Assembly: GCA_030754595.1 (NCBI GenBank)
Contig: JASLZZ010000065.1
Coordinates: 1-33,938 of the forward strand
Direction: 5' to 3'
Source of the DNA: Nitrospinota bacterium
GTDB taxonomy: Bacteria > UBA8248
Length of the DNA: 33,938 bases
A program made the position numbers and the translations under genes. Below, piece after piece: positions 26,397 through 33,938 of this stretch. The notes under the pieces are model-generated. The model was not told the origin of the DNA. It worked only from the letters and a program-made list of their open reading frames with translations, and did not search any database. How positions within the stretch are numbered: the stretch's first letter is position 1; each line of letters starts with the position of its first letter.

Positions 26397-27806
26397 ATGT
26401 CCGAAAGAACGCTTTACGATAAAATCTGGGACAGCCACATCGTTACCAGGCTCGATTCGGGGGAGTATCAGCTTTTCATCGGGCTGCACCTGATTCACGA
26501 GGTAACGACGCCCCAGGCCTTCGCCTCCCTGAAAGAGCACGGCTCGAAGGTCGCCTTTCCCGAGAGGACCGTCGCCACGGCCGATCACATCACGCCCACG
26601 CTCTCTCAACTCAGGCCCTTTAAAGACGATCAGGCCGAGGCGATGATGTCGGCCCTCGAGCGGAATGTGGACGAGTTCGGAGTCCGCTTCCTGAACTGGG
26701 ACTCGGGAATGCAGGGAATCGTCCACGTCATCGGTCCGGAGCTGGGGCTCTCCCAGCCGGGGATGACCATCGCCTGCGGCGACAGCCATACGAGCACCCA
26801 CGGCGCGATGGGTTCCCTCGGCTTCGGCGTCGGGACGACCGAGGTGGGTTTTGTCCTCGAGACCCAGACCATCGTGCTCAACCGCCTCAAGGTTCACCGG
26901 GTAGCCGTTGACGGCGAACTTGGGCGCGGCGTTTTCGCCAAGGACGTGATTCTCAGAATCATTCACGATCTGGGTATCAAGGGCGGGCTCGGGCACGCCT
27001 ACGAATACGCCGGCGAGGTCATCGAGAGCATGGCGATGGAGGATCGGATGACCGTCTGCAACATGAGCGTCGAGGGCGGGGCACGGATCGGCTACGTCAA
27101 TCCCGACGAGACGACCTACGCCTATCTTGAAGGCCGGGAGTTCTCCCCCAAAGGAGAGGATTTCGACCGCGCGAAGGGGTACTGGAAATCCATCGCCTCG
27201 GGGCCCGACGCCGTTTACGACCGGGAGACGGTGATTGACGGAGGAACTATCGAACCCATGGTGACGTGGGGGATAAATCCGGGTCACTCCGCCGGTATCT
27301 CGGAGAAACTTCCATCCCTTGGCTCGTTCACCGGAGAGGATGTCAAAACGGCGGAGCAGGGTTACGCGCACATGGCCCTGAAGCCGGGCGACGCCATCGC
27401 GGGAACGAAGATAGACGTCGCCTTCCTCGGCTCGTGTACCAATTCGCGGCTTTCCGATCTCAGGGAAGGGGCGAAGATAATCAAAGGCTACAAAGTTAAT
27501 CCCAAGGTGAAGATGCTGGTCGTGCCGGGCTCCCAACGGGTCAAGGCACGGGCCGAGAAAGAAGGGCTGCACGAAATTTTCCTCGAGGCCGGAGCGGAGT
27601 GGCGCGAGGCGGGCTGCTCGATGTGCTTGGGGATGAACGAGGACAAACTGTTCGGAACCGAGCGGAGCATCTCCACCTCGAACCGGAACTTCATCGGCCG
27701 GCAGGGAAGCCCCCGCGGAAGGACGCACCTGGGCAGCCCGGCCACGGTCGCCGCCTCGGCCATCGAAGGATGCCTGGCCAATCCGGCGGAAATGGCGGGA
27801 GAGTGA
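26397..27806 (+). CDS. leuC: 3-isopropylmalate dehydratase large subunit
   Basis: [45 protein letters not shown] and STSNRNF. Confidence 0.96.
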   Translation: MSERTLYDKIWDSHIVTRLDSGEYQLFIGLHLIHEVTTPQAFASLKEHGSKVAFPERTVATADHITPTLSQLRPFKDDQAEAMMSALERNVDEFGVRFLNWDSGMQGIVHVIGPELGLSQPGMTIACGDSHTSTHGAMGSLGFGVGTTEVGFVLETQTIVLNRLKVHRVAVDGELGRGVFAKDVILRIIHDLGIKGGLGHAYEYAGEVIESMAMEDRMTVCNMSVEGGARIGYVNPDETTYAYLEGREFSPKGEDFDRAKGYWKSIASGPDAVYDRETVIDGGTIEPMVTWGINPGHSAGISEKLPSLGSFTGEDVKTAEQGYAHMALKPGDAIAGTKIDVAFLGSCTNSRLSDLREGAKIIKGYKVNPKVKMLVVPGSQRVKARAEKEGLHEIFLEAGAEWREAGCSMCLGMNEDKLFGTERSISTSNRNFIGRQGSPRGRTHLGSPATVAASAIEGCLANPAEMAGE

Positions 27807-27807
27807 A

Positions 27808-28404
27808 ATGAGCGACGAAATCAGGCGAATCAGCGGCCGGGCGATTCCGATGCCCGGCGACGACATCGACACCGACCGGATCACCCCGGCCCGGTTTTTG
27901 ACGGCTTTGACGTTCACGGGGATGGAAAAGGCGCTATTTTGCGATGAGCGGGAGCACACGCCCGACCATCCCATCGACAACTCCGACTACAAGGGGGCCA
28001 AGTTTCTTTTTGTCGGAAAGAATTTCGGCTCGGGCTCCTCTCGGGAGCACGCCCCCCAAGCCATCAAGCGGTATGGAATCGAAGCGATCGTGGGCATTTC
28101 CTTCGCCGAGATATTCGCGGGAAACTCCCAGGCTATCGGCATGCCTTTGATGACGGCTTCGCCCGAGGACGTTCAAAGGCTCATCGCGCTCACCCAAAAA
28201 AAACCAAAAACCGAATACACGGCGGATTTGGAGTCGCTGACGGTGTCCTGGGGCGGTGAGAGCGTGGCGGTTGAGATGCTCGAGGAGCGGCGCCAGTCTT
28301 TTCTAAAGGGAAACTGGAACGTCGTCGCGATACTCCGCTCGAATCTGCCCCGGGTGCGGGAGGTGGCCGAAAAGCTTCCCTACGTCAACAATTTTCAGGC
28401 CTAG
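27808..28404 (+). CDS. leuD: 3-isopropylmalate dehydratase small subunit
   Basis: DIDTDRITPARFL, NFGSGSSREHAP and SFAEIF. Confidence 0.96.
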   Translation: MSDEIRRISGRAIPMPGDDIDTDRITPARFLTALTFTGMEKALFCDEREHTPDHPIDNSDYKGAKFLFVGKNFGSGSSREHAPQAIKRYGIEAIVGISFAEIFAGNSQAIGMPLMTASPEDVQRLIALTQKKPKTEYTADLESLTVSWGGESVAVEMLEERRQSFLKGNWNVVAILRSNLPRVREVAEKLPYVNNFQA

Positions 28405-28465
28405 CTTGGAACTTGATTCCGGGCTTGAATTCGCTTACCGGATTTCGCTTAGAGGATGAAGGAAA

Positions 28466-29548
28466 TTGGCTGACTACAAGATTGGAGTGATACCCGGAGA
28501 CGGGATTGGGCAGGAAGTGACCGCCCACGCACGAAAAGTTCTCGATGTGGCGGGTGTGCGCTTTGGCGTCTCGTTCGAGTTCCGGGAAGGCGTGGCCGGA
28601 GGAACGGCCTACGATGCGGCCGGCGAACCGTTTCCCTCCGAAACCCAGGAGCTGTGCGCCGATAGCGACGCTTGTCTTTTCGGCGCGGTGGGCGGGCCGC
28701 AGTGGGACGCCCTCCCGCGCGAGAAACGTCCGGAGGCGGCGATTCTGGGGCTCAGGCAGAAATTCGGCCTGTTCGCCAACCTTCGGCCGGCGGCCATGTT
28801 CGAGCCCCTCGTGGACGCATCGACCCTCAAGGCCGAAGCCGTCCGCGGGCTGGACCTGCTCGTCGTCCGCGAGGGTGTGGGCGGCATCTATTTCGGCGAG
28901 CCCCGGATCACGGAGCAGGTCAACCCCGACGAGGAGCGCGCCGTCGATACGATGGTCTACTCCACCTCCGAGATCAGGCGGATCGTGCGCGTCGGATTTG
29001 AGATGGCCTCGGTCCGCCGCAAGAAACTTCTTTCGGTGGACAAGGAAAATGTCCTCGAAACCAGCCGCCTCTGGAGAAGGGTGGCCGGTGAGGTGGCGAG
29101 AGATTTTCCGGACATCGAGGTTTCCCATATGTACGTGGACAACGCGGCGATGCAGCTCATCCGAGACCCGCTCCAGTTTGACGTGATCGTCACCGGAAAC
29201 ATGTTCGGCGACATTCTGAGCGACGCGGCCTCGATGCTCACCGGTTCGATCGGAATGCTCGCCTCGGCGAACCTCAACGAGGCGGGTTTCGGCGTGTTCG
29301 AGCCGGTTCACGGTACCGCGCCCGACATCGCCGGGCAGGACAAGGCGAACCCGATTGCGGCCATCATGTCAGCCGCGATGTTGTGCCGCTATGCGCTGAA
29401 GCGCGCCGATATGGCGGACGCCATCGAGGCGGCCGTGTCGAAAGCGCTCGACGGGGGCCTCCGCACCCCGGACATCCACACCAACGGGACGACGCTGGTG
29501 GGCTGCGCCGCGATGGGCGAGCGGGTGGCGGAGCTCGTGGGGGGCTGA
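28466..29548 (+). CDS. leuB: 3-isopropylmalate dehydrogenase
   Basis: [40 protein letters not shown] and [12 protein letters not shown]. Confidence 0.97.
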   Translation: MADYKIGVIPGDGIGQEVTAHARKVLDVAGVRFGVSFEFREGVAGGTAYDAAGEPFPSETQELCADSDACLFGAVGGPQWDALPREKRPEAAILGLRQKFGLFANLRPAAMFEPLVDASTLKAEAVRGLDLLVVREGVGGIYFGEPRITEQVNPDEERAVDTMVYSTSEIRRIVRVGFEMASVRRKKLLSVDKENVLETSRLWRRVAGEVARDFPDIEVSHMYVDNAAMQLIRDPLQFDVIVTGNMFGDILSDAASMLTGSIGMLASANLNEAGFGVFEPVHGTAPDIAGQDKANPIAAIMSAAMLCRYALKRADMADAIEAAVSKALDGGLRTPDIHTNGTTLVGCAAMGERVAELVGG

Positions 29549-29552
29549 AGTC

Positions 29553-30575
29553 GTGAGTGGTTTGCGGGTTGCCGTCGCGGGCGCGACAGGGGCCGTGGGG
29601 CGGGAGATGTTGTCGATTCTCTCGGAGCGGAAATTCCCCGCCGCCGAGGTTGTCCCGCTCGCCAGTGATCGTAGCGAGGGGAAAATCATTCCCTACGCCG
29701 GCGCTGAGTTCAGGGTGAAACGCCTCGGCCATGATTCCTTCGAGGGTGTGGACCTCGCGCTATTTTCGGCGGGGGCCGCGCGCTCTCTCGAATTCGCGCC
29801 CTCGGCCGTCAAGGCGGGCGCGGTGGTCGTTGACAATTCGAGCGCCTACCGGATGGACCCCGAGGTGCCCCTGGTCGTGCCCGAGGTGAACGCCGGGGCG
29901 CTCGCCTCGCACAAGGGCATCATCGCCAACCCGAATTGCTCGACGATTCAGATGGTCGTCGTCCTCAAGCCCCTCTACGAGAGGGCGGGCGTCCGGCGGA
30001 TAGTGGTGAGCACCTATCAGGCCGTCAGCGGAGCCGGACAGAGCGCGGTGGACGAGCTTCGGGGGCAGGTGGAGGCCGCGGGTAGTGGAAACCCGCCCGA
30101 AGCCCGGGAGATGCCCCATCCGATCGCCTTTAACTGTCTTCCTCAGATCGATGTCTTTCTCGATGAAGGCGACACCAAGGAAGAGCGGAAAATGGTGGAC
30201 GAAACCCGGAAGATTCTCGGGGCGCCCGGCCTTCCGGTAAGCGCAACCTGCGTGCGCGTTCCGGTCTATAACGCGCACTCCGAATCGGTGAACGTGGAGA
30301 CGGAGCGGCCGCTTTCGCCCGAGGAGGCGCGTGAGCTGCTCGCGGCCGCCGCCGGCGTCGAGGTGATCGACGACCCCGCGCGGCTCGCCTATCCGATGGC
30401 GCTTTCGGCCTCGGGGCGGGACCTGGTCTATGTTGGCCGCATCCGCCGCGATTCGTCGGCCGGGAACGCGCTCAATATGTGGATCGTCTCGGACAATCTC
30501 CGAAAGGGCGCGGCGCTCAACGCCGTGCAGATCGCCGAGGCGCTTATCGAAATGAACCTGTTGAAGACCGTGTAG
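29553..30575 (+). CDS. asd: Aspartate-semialdehyde dehydrogenase
   Basis: GATGAVG, DNSSAYRM, IANPNCSTIQ, STYQAVSGAG and DNLRKGAALNAVQIAE. Confidence 0.97.
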   Translation: MSGLRVAVAGATGAVGREMLSILSERKFPAAEVVPLASDRSEGKIIPYAGAEFRVKRLGHDSFEGVDLALFSAGAARSLEFAPSAVKAGAVVVDNSSAYRMDPEVPLVVPEVNAGALASHKGIIANPNCSTIQMVVVLKPLYERAGVRRIVVSTYQAVSGAGQSAVDELRGQVEAAGSGNPPEAREMPHPIAFNCLPQIDVFLDEGDTKEERKMVDETRKILGAPGLPVSATCVRVPVYNAHSESVNVETERPLSPEEARELLAAAAGVEVIDDPARLAYPMALSASGRDLVYVGRIRRDSSAGNALNMWIVSDNLRKGAALNAVQIAEALIEMNLLKTV

Positions 30576-30642
30576 CGAAGTCCTGCGGCCGGAGTTAAGG
30601 GCCGCATACCTAGGCCGCTCCGCGGCCGGAGAGGAATAAACA

Positions 30643-31500
30643 TTGTCGGAAGCCACCATCGGCGTCATCGGAGGCAGCGGTCTCTACCAGATGGAGGGCC
30701 TGACCGAGGTGGAGCGTGTCGAACTGGACACCCCCTTCGGCGCGCCCTCGGCCTCTTATATTCTGGGCTCTTTATCGGGAAAGCGGCTTGCGTTTCTGCC
30801 TCGCCACGGCGAGGGGCATATTTTCATGCCAAGTGAAATCCCCTTCAGGGCGAACATCTACGGTTTTAAGCAACTCGGTTGCGAGTGGCTGATCTCGGCC
30901 AGCGCGGTGGGGAGCCTCAAGGAGGATATCCATCCGGGCGAGATCGTCATTCCGGATCAGTTCATCGACATGACGAAAAACCGCATCGGCACATTTTTCG
31001 GGGGAGGGGTCGTCGCCCACGTCCCGATGGCCGATCCGGTTTGTACGAAGCTGAGTGAAATTCTCCTGGCCGCGGTGGACCGTGTGGGCGCAAAAGTCCA
31101 CGCGGGCGGGACCTACGTCTGCATGGAGGGTCCTCAATTCAGCACGCGCGCCGAGAGCTTTCGCTACCGCGATTGGGGAGCCTCGGTAATCGGGATGACG
31201 AACATGCCCGAGGCCAAGCTCGCCCGGGAGGCCGAAATCAGCTACGCGACCCTCGCCCTACCCACCGATTACGACTGCTGGCACGAGGAAGAGGAGTCGG
31301 TCACCGTCGAAATGCTCATCGAAACCCTCCGGCGCAACGTCGCCCTCGCCCAGAAAATCATCATCGAGGCCGTTCCTCATATCGAGGGCCGGAGCCCGTT
31401 CGAGGATCTGCTCAGGTCCGCCATCATCACCGACCCGGCGCATATTTCGGCCGAGGCCAGGGATCGGCTGAAACTCCTGATCGGGAGGTACCTTTCGTGA
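30643..31500 (+). CDS. mtnP: S-methyl-5'-thioadenosine phosphorylase
   Basis: IIGGSGLY-type start (VIGGSGLY), [29 protein letters not shown] and TDYDCW. Confidence 0.93.
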   Translation: MSEATIGVIGGSGLYQMEGLTEVERVELDTPFGAPSASYILGSLSGKRLAFLPRHGEGHIFMPSEIPFRANIYGFKQLGCEWLISASAVGSLKEDIHPGEIVIPDQFIDMTKNRIGTFFGGGVVAHVPMADPVCTKLSEILLAAVDRVGAKVHAGGTYVCMEGPQFSTRAESFRYRDWGASVIGMTNMPEAKLAREAEISYATLALPTDYDCWHEEEESVTVEMLIETLRRNVALAQKIIIEAVPHIEGRSPFEDLLRSAIITDPAHISAEARDRLKLLIGRYLS

Positions 31501-32783
31501 CATCGCGCGCGCGCTCCGAGGCCCTGTTTCAGGCCGCCCAAAATCGCATCCCCGGCGGGGTGGACAGCCCGGTCCGCGCCTTCCGCGGCGTGGGCGGCTC
31601 CCCGCTGTTCATCGATCGGGGGGAGGGGAGCCGAATCTGGGACGCGGACGGCAATGAATACATCGACTATGTTCTCTCCTGGGGGCCGCTGATCCTCGGG
31701 CACGCGCACCCGCGAGTGGTGGCGGCGGTTCGCGAGGCGGCGGGGCGGGGGATGAGCTACGGCGCGCCAACGGCCGCCGAGACCGAGCTGGCCGAACTCG
31801 TCCAGGAGGCCTACCCGTCGATGGAACTCCTCCGATTCGTCAACTCGGGCACCGAGGCCACGATGTCGGCGCTCCGGGTCGCCCGGGGTTTCACCGGGCG
31901 CGACATCATCGTCAAATTCGAGGGGTGCTACCACGGCCACGCCGACGGCCTTCTCGTGAAGGCGGGGAGCGGCGGCGCCACGCTGGGAATCCCCGACAGC
32001 GCGGGCGTCCCGGCCGATTACGCCCGCAACACGATCACACTTCCCTACAACGACGCGGAGGCGCTGGAGAATCTCTTTCTGCGCGAGGGGAAAAATATCG
32101 CAGCGCTCATTCTGGAGCCCGTGGGCGGCAACATGGGCCTCGTCCCCCCCGAAGAGGGTTTTATGGAAATGGTGAGGCGCTCGACCAAGGGCTCGAACTC
32201 GCTCCTCATTTTCGATGAGGTGATGACGGGATTTCGCGTGGCCCGCGGGGGGGCGCAGTCGCTCTTTGGAATCCAGCCTGATCTCACCACGCTGGGCAAG
32301 GTGATCGGCGGCGGGATGCCGGTGGGCGCGTACGGAGGGCGGCGCGTGGTCATGGAGGTGGTCGCTCCCCTGGGGCCCGTCTATCAGGCGGGAACCCTCT
32401 CGGGAAACCCGTTGGCGATGGCGGCGGGCGTCGAAACCCTTCGCATCATCAAAGAAGAGGGCCTTCCCGAGGCGCTCGAGGATCGGGGCCGCCGGCTCGA
32501 GGAAGGGATGGCCGAGGCCGCGCGTGCGGCGGGGGTGGCCACCTGGGGCGCTCGCCGGGGGTCGATGTTCTGCACGTTTTTCCAGGAGGGCCCGGTCCGC
32601 GATTTCGCCGACGCCCAGCGCTCGGACACGGAAAAGTTCGCCCGCTTCTTCCACGCCATGCTGGAGCGGGGGGTATCCATCGCGCCGAGCCAGTTCGAGG
32701 TGGGTTTACTCTCCTCGGCCCATACGGAGGCCGACATCGAGGCGACCCTCGAGGCGGCGCGCGAGGCGTTTGCCGCTATCTAG
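31497..32783 (+). CDS. hemL: Glutamate-1-semialdehyde 2,1-aminomutase
   Basis: [47 protein letters not shown] and [12 protein letters not shown] start overlaps the mtnP stop. Confidence 0.97.
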   Translation: MTSRARSEALFQAAQNRIPGGVDSPVRAFRGVGGSPLFIDRGEGSRIWDADGNEYIDYVLSWGPLILGHAHPRVVAAVREAAGRGMSYGAPTAAETELAELVQEAYPSMELLRFVNSGTEATMSALRVARGFTGRDIIVKFEGCYHGHADGLLVKAGSGGATLGIPDSAGVPADYARNTITLPYNDAEALENLFLREGKNIAALILEPVGGNMGLVPPEEGFMEMVRRSTKGSNSLLIFDEVMTGFRVARGGAQSLFGIQPDLTTLGKVIGGGMPVGAYGGRRVVMEVVAPLGPVYQAGTLSGNPLAMAAGVETLRIIKEEGLPEALEDRGRRLEEGMAEAARAAGVATWGARRGSMFCTFFQEGPVRDFADAQRSDTEKFARFFHAMLERGVSIAPSQFEVGLLSSAHTEADIEATLEAAREAFAAI

Positions 32784-32836
32784 GCCGCTTGTTGTAGAAT
32801 GAAGCCCCCTTGCCCGGGCGGGAGCGCGACTGAGCC

Positions 32837-33184
32837 TTGACGAGTTCGAGACAAGACACCCGCAACGAGAAGCCGGACCGCTACCTTTACTGGCTGGTGG
32901 GAGGGGTCTGCGCCATTCTTCTGGGCGCCGCCATTCTCGGCAGGGACGGCCTGTTGGCGGTAATCGTAAATCAACGGAGGTTAGGCGAACTCAGGGGCGA
33001 GGTGACTCGCCTTTACGAGGAAAACCGCGTTCTCCAAAATCAGATTCACTCCCTCCGGAGCGATCTCACCTACATCGAACGAATCGCCCGGGAGGACCTG
33101 GGCCTCGTGAAACCGGGCGAGACGGTCTATGAGTTCGTTCCCGACAGAAATCGGGGAGGCGGGAAAGCCGGGAAGCAGCCTTGA
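32837..33184 (+). CDS. ftsB: Septum formation initiator (FtsB/DivIC)
   Basis: Single TM, GRDGL, coiled coil and YIERIAREDLGLVKPGETVY. Confidence 0.9.
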   Translation: MTSSRQDTRNEKPDRYLYWLVGGVCAILLGAAILGRDGLLAVIVNQRRLGELRGEVTRLYEENRVLQNQIHSLRSDLTYIERIAREDLGLVKPGETVYEFVPDRNRGGGKAGKQP

Positions 33185-33211
33185 GCCTTGAACTTTTAGC
33201 CCTGAGCCCTT
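33177..33211 (+). repeat. Five degenerate heptamer tandem repeats
   Basis: AGCCTTG AGCCTTG AACTTTT AGCCCTG AGCCCTT. Confidence 0.55.
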
Positions 33212-33237
33212 GACACCCGGCCCCCAAGCCTTTAAAT
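33210..33237 (+). promoter_or_regulatory. Probable tRNA promoter
   Basis: TTGACA-16bp-TTAAAT just upstream of the tRNA. Confidence 0.45.
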
Positions 33238-33253
33238 CACTTATACATTTCGG

Positions 33254-33329
<76 letters not shown>

Positions 33330-33338
33330 AACAAAATC

Positions 33339-33378
33339 AGTGGGTTAGTCAGAGATGGCTAACCCACTTTTTGTTTTT
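33339..33378 (+). terminator. Intrinsic terminator-like hairpin after the tRNA
   Basis: AGTGGGTTAG...CTAACCCACT stem followed by TTTTGTTTTT. Confidence 0.8.
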
Positions 33379-33411
33379 CAGGAAACATTTAGGAAACATC
33401 GGTTAAAGTTT

Positions 33412-33938
33412 TCATTCATTCACTGCTAGTTTTTCACTGACGCGGCTACCAAAAGGCTTCGGCAGTACTATCCAGTCTTCCCGGACGCAGTGGGCGTATA
33501 CGTCCATCGTGACACTGAAATTCGAATGTCCCATCCAGGCTTGAAGGGTCTTGGGTGCCGGGCCGTCCTCGGTTCGTCCGAAGCGGTTGGCGTGAATCGT
33601 TGCGAAGGTGTGCCGCATTCCCTTGGGGGTGATATCGGGGAATGACCGACTATGTCCCCTGCGCTCATTCTCGGCTCGGGAAAGTTTCACCATTTGGCCC
33701 CACAGTTTTCGGAATCCATCCAGTTGCAACGGGAATATCCGCGCCTTTGGGCTTTTGTCCTCACAAGCCAGATACCACTCCTTGAGGGCTAAGGCGAAGT
33801 CAGGAAATAGGGGAATTTCCCTTCGGGCGTTCCGAGATTTTGGCGTGATAAATTCGTCCTCCCGGTCCCAGCTTCGCTTTATGGGGAAAACGGGTCTCAA
33901 GGGCGTCGCTAATATTTGTTCTGTGACATCTTCCCAAA
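33412..33938 (-). CDS. Tyrosine recombinase/integrase, C-terminal part (5' end beyond the window)
   Basis: Frame open to the window edge. WEDV..., TPKSRNARREIPL, PKGMRHTFAT, LQAWMGHS and TMDVYAH. Confidence 0.9.
   Translation of the reverse strand, partial: WEDVTEQILATPLRPVFPIKRSWDREDEFITPKSRNARREIPLFPDFALALKEWYLACEDKSPKARIFPLQLDGFRKLWGQMVKLSRAENERRGHSRSFPDITPKGMRHTFATIHANRFGRTEDGPAPKTLQAWMGHSNFSVTMDVYAHCVREDWIVLPKPFGSRVSEKLAVNE

Larger units (their letters stand above)
33330..33938. mobile_element. Left edge of a probable integrative element (prophage/ICE/genomic island) at tRNA-fMet
   Basis: Integrase directly adjacent to the tRNA 3' end, lower GC by eye, and an AGGAAACAT direct repeat at 33380 and 33391. 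Confidence 0.65.

Overview
GC-rich bacterial chromosomal window; the lineage cannot be fixed from sequence alone. Left ~9 kb is a haem/redox-rich island: a partial fold-type IV aminotransferase, an exported dihaem cytochrome c whose first haem motif reads U-S-T-C-H (in-frame TGA followed by a SECIS-like hairpin), a FadF/EMO-like membrane Fe-S/CCG oxidoreductase with a fused N-terminal dihaem-c module, and a divergent Rieske - cytochrome b - octahaem HAO-like operon. These are followed by a B12-binding protein, a TPR lipoprotein frameshifted by a 10-bp duplication, and a dihaem lipoprotein. The middle holds a Dpp/Opp ABC transporter, a second probable selenoprotein (exported UxxC peroxiredoxin-like), dacB, recJ, a MidA-type methyltransferase, moaD/moaE and a Liv-type ABC transporter. 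The right part is housekeeping: trpFBA, leuCDB, asd, mtnP, hemL, ftsB and initiator tRNA-fMet, then the edge of a probable integrative element (tyrosine integrase). The most striking signal is a candidate selenocysteine at a haem c attachment position. All family assignments come from motif recognition, not database searches.
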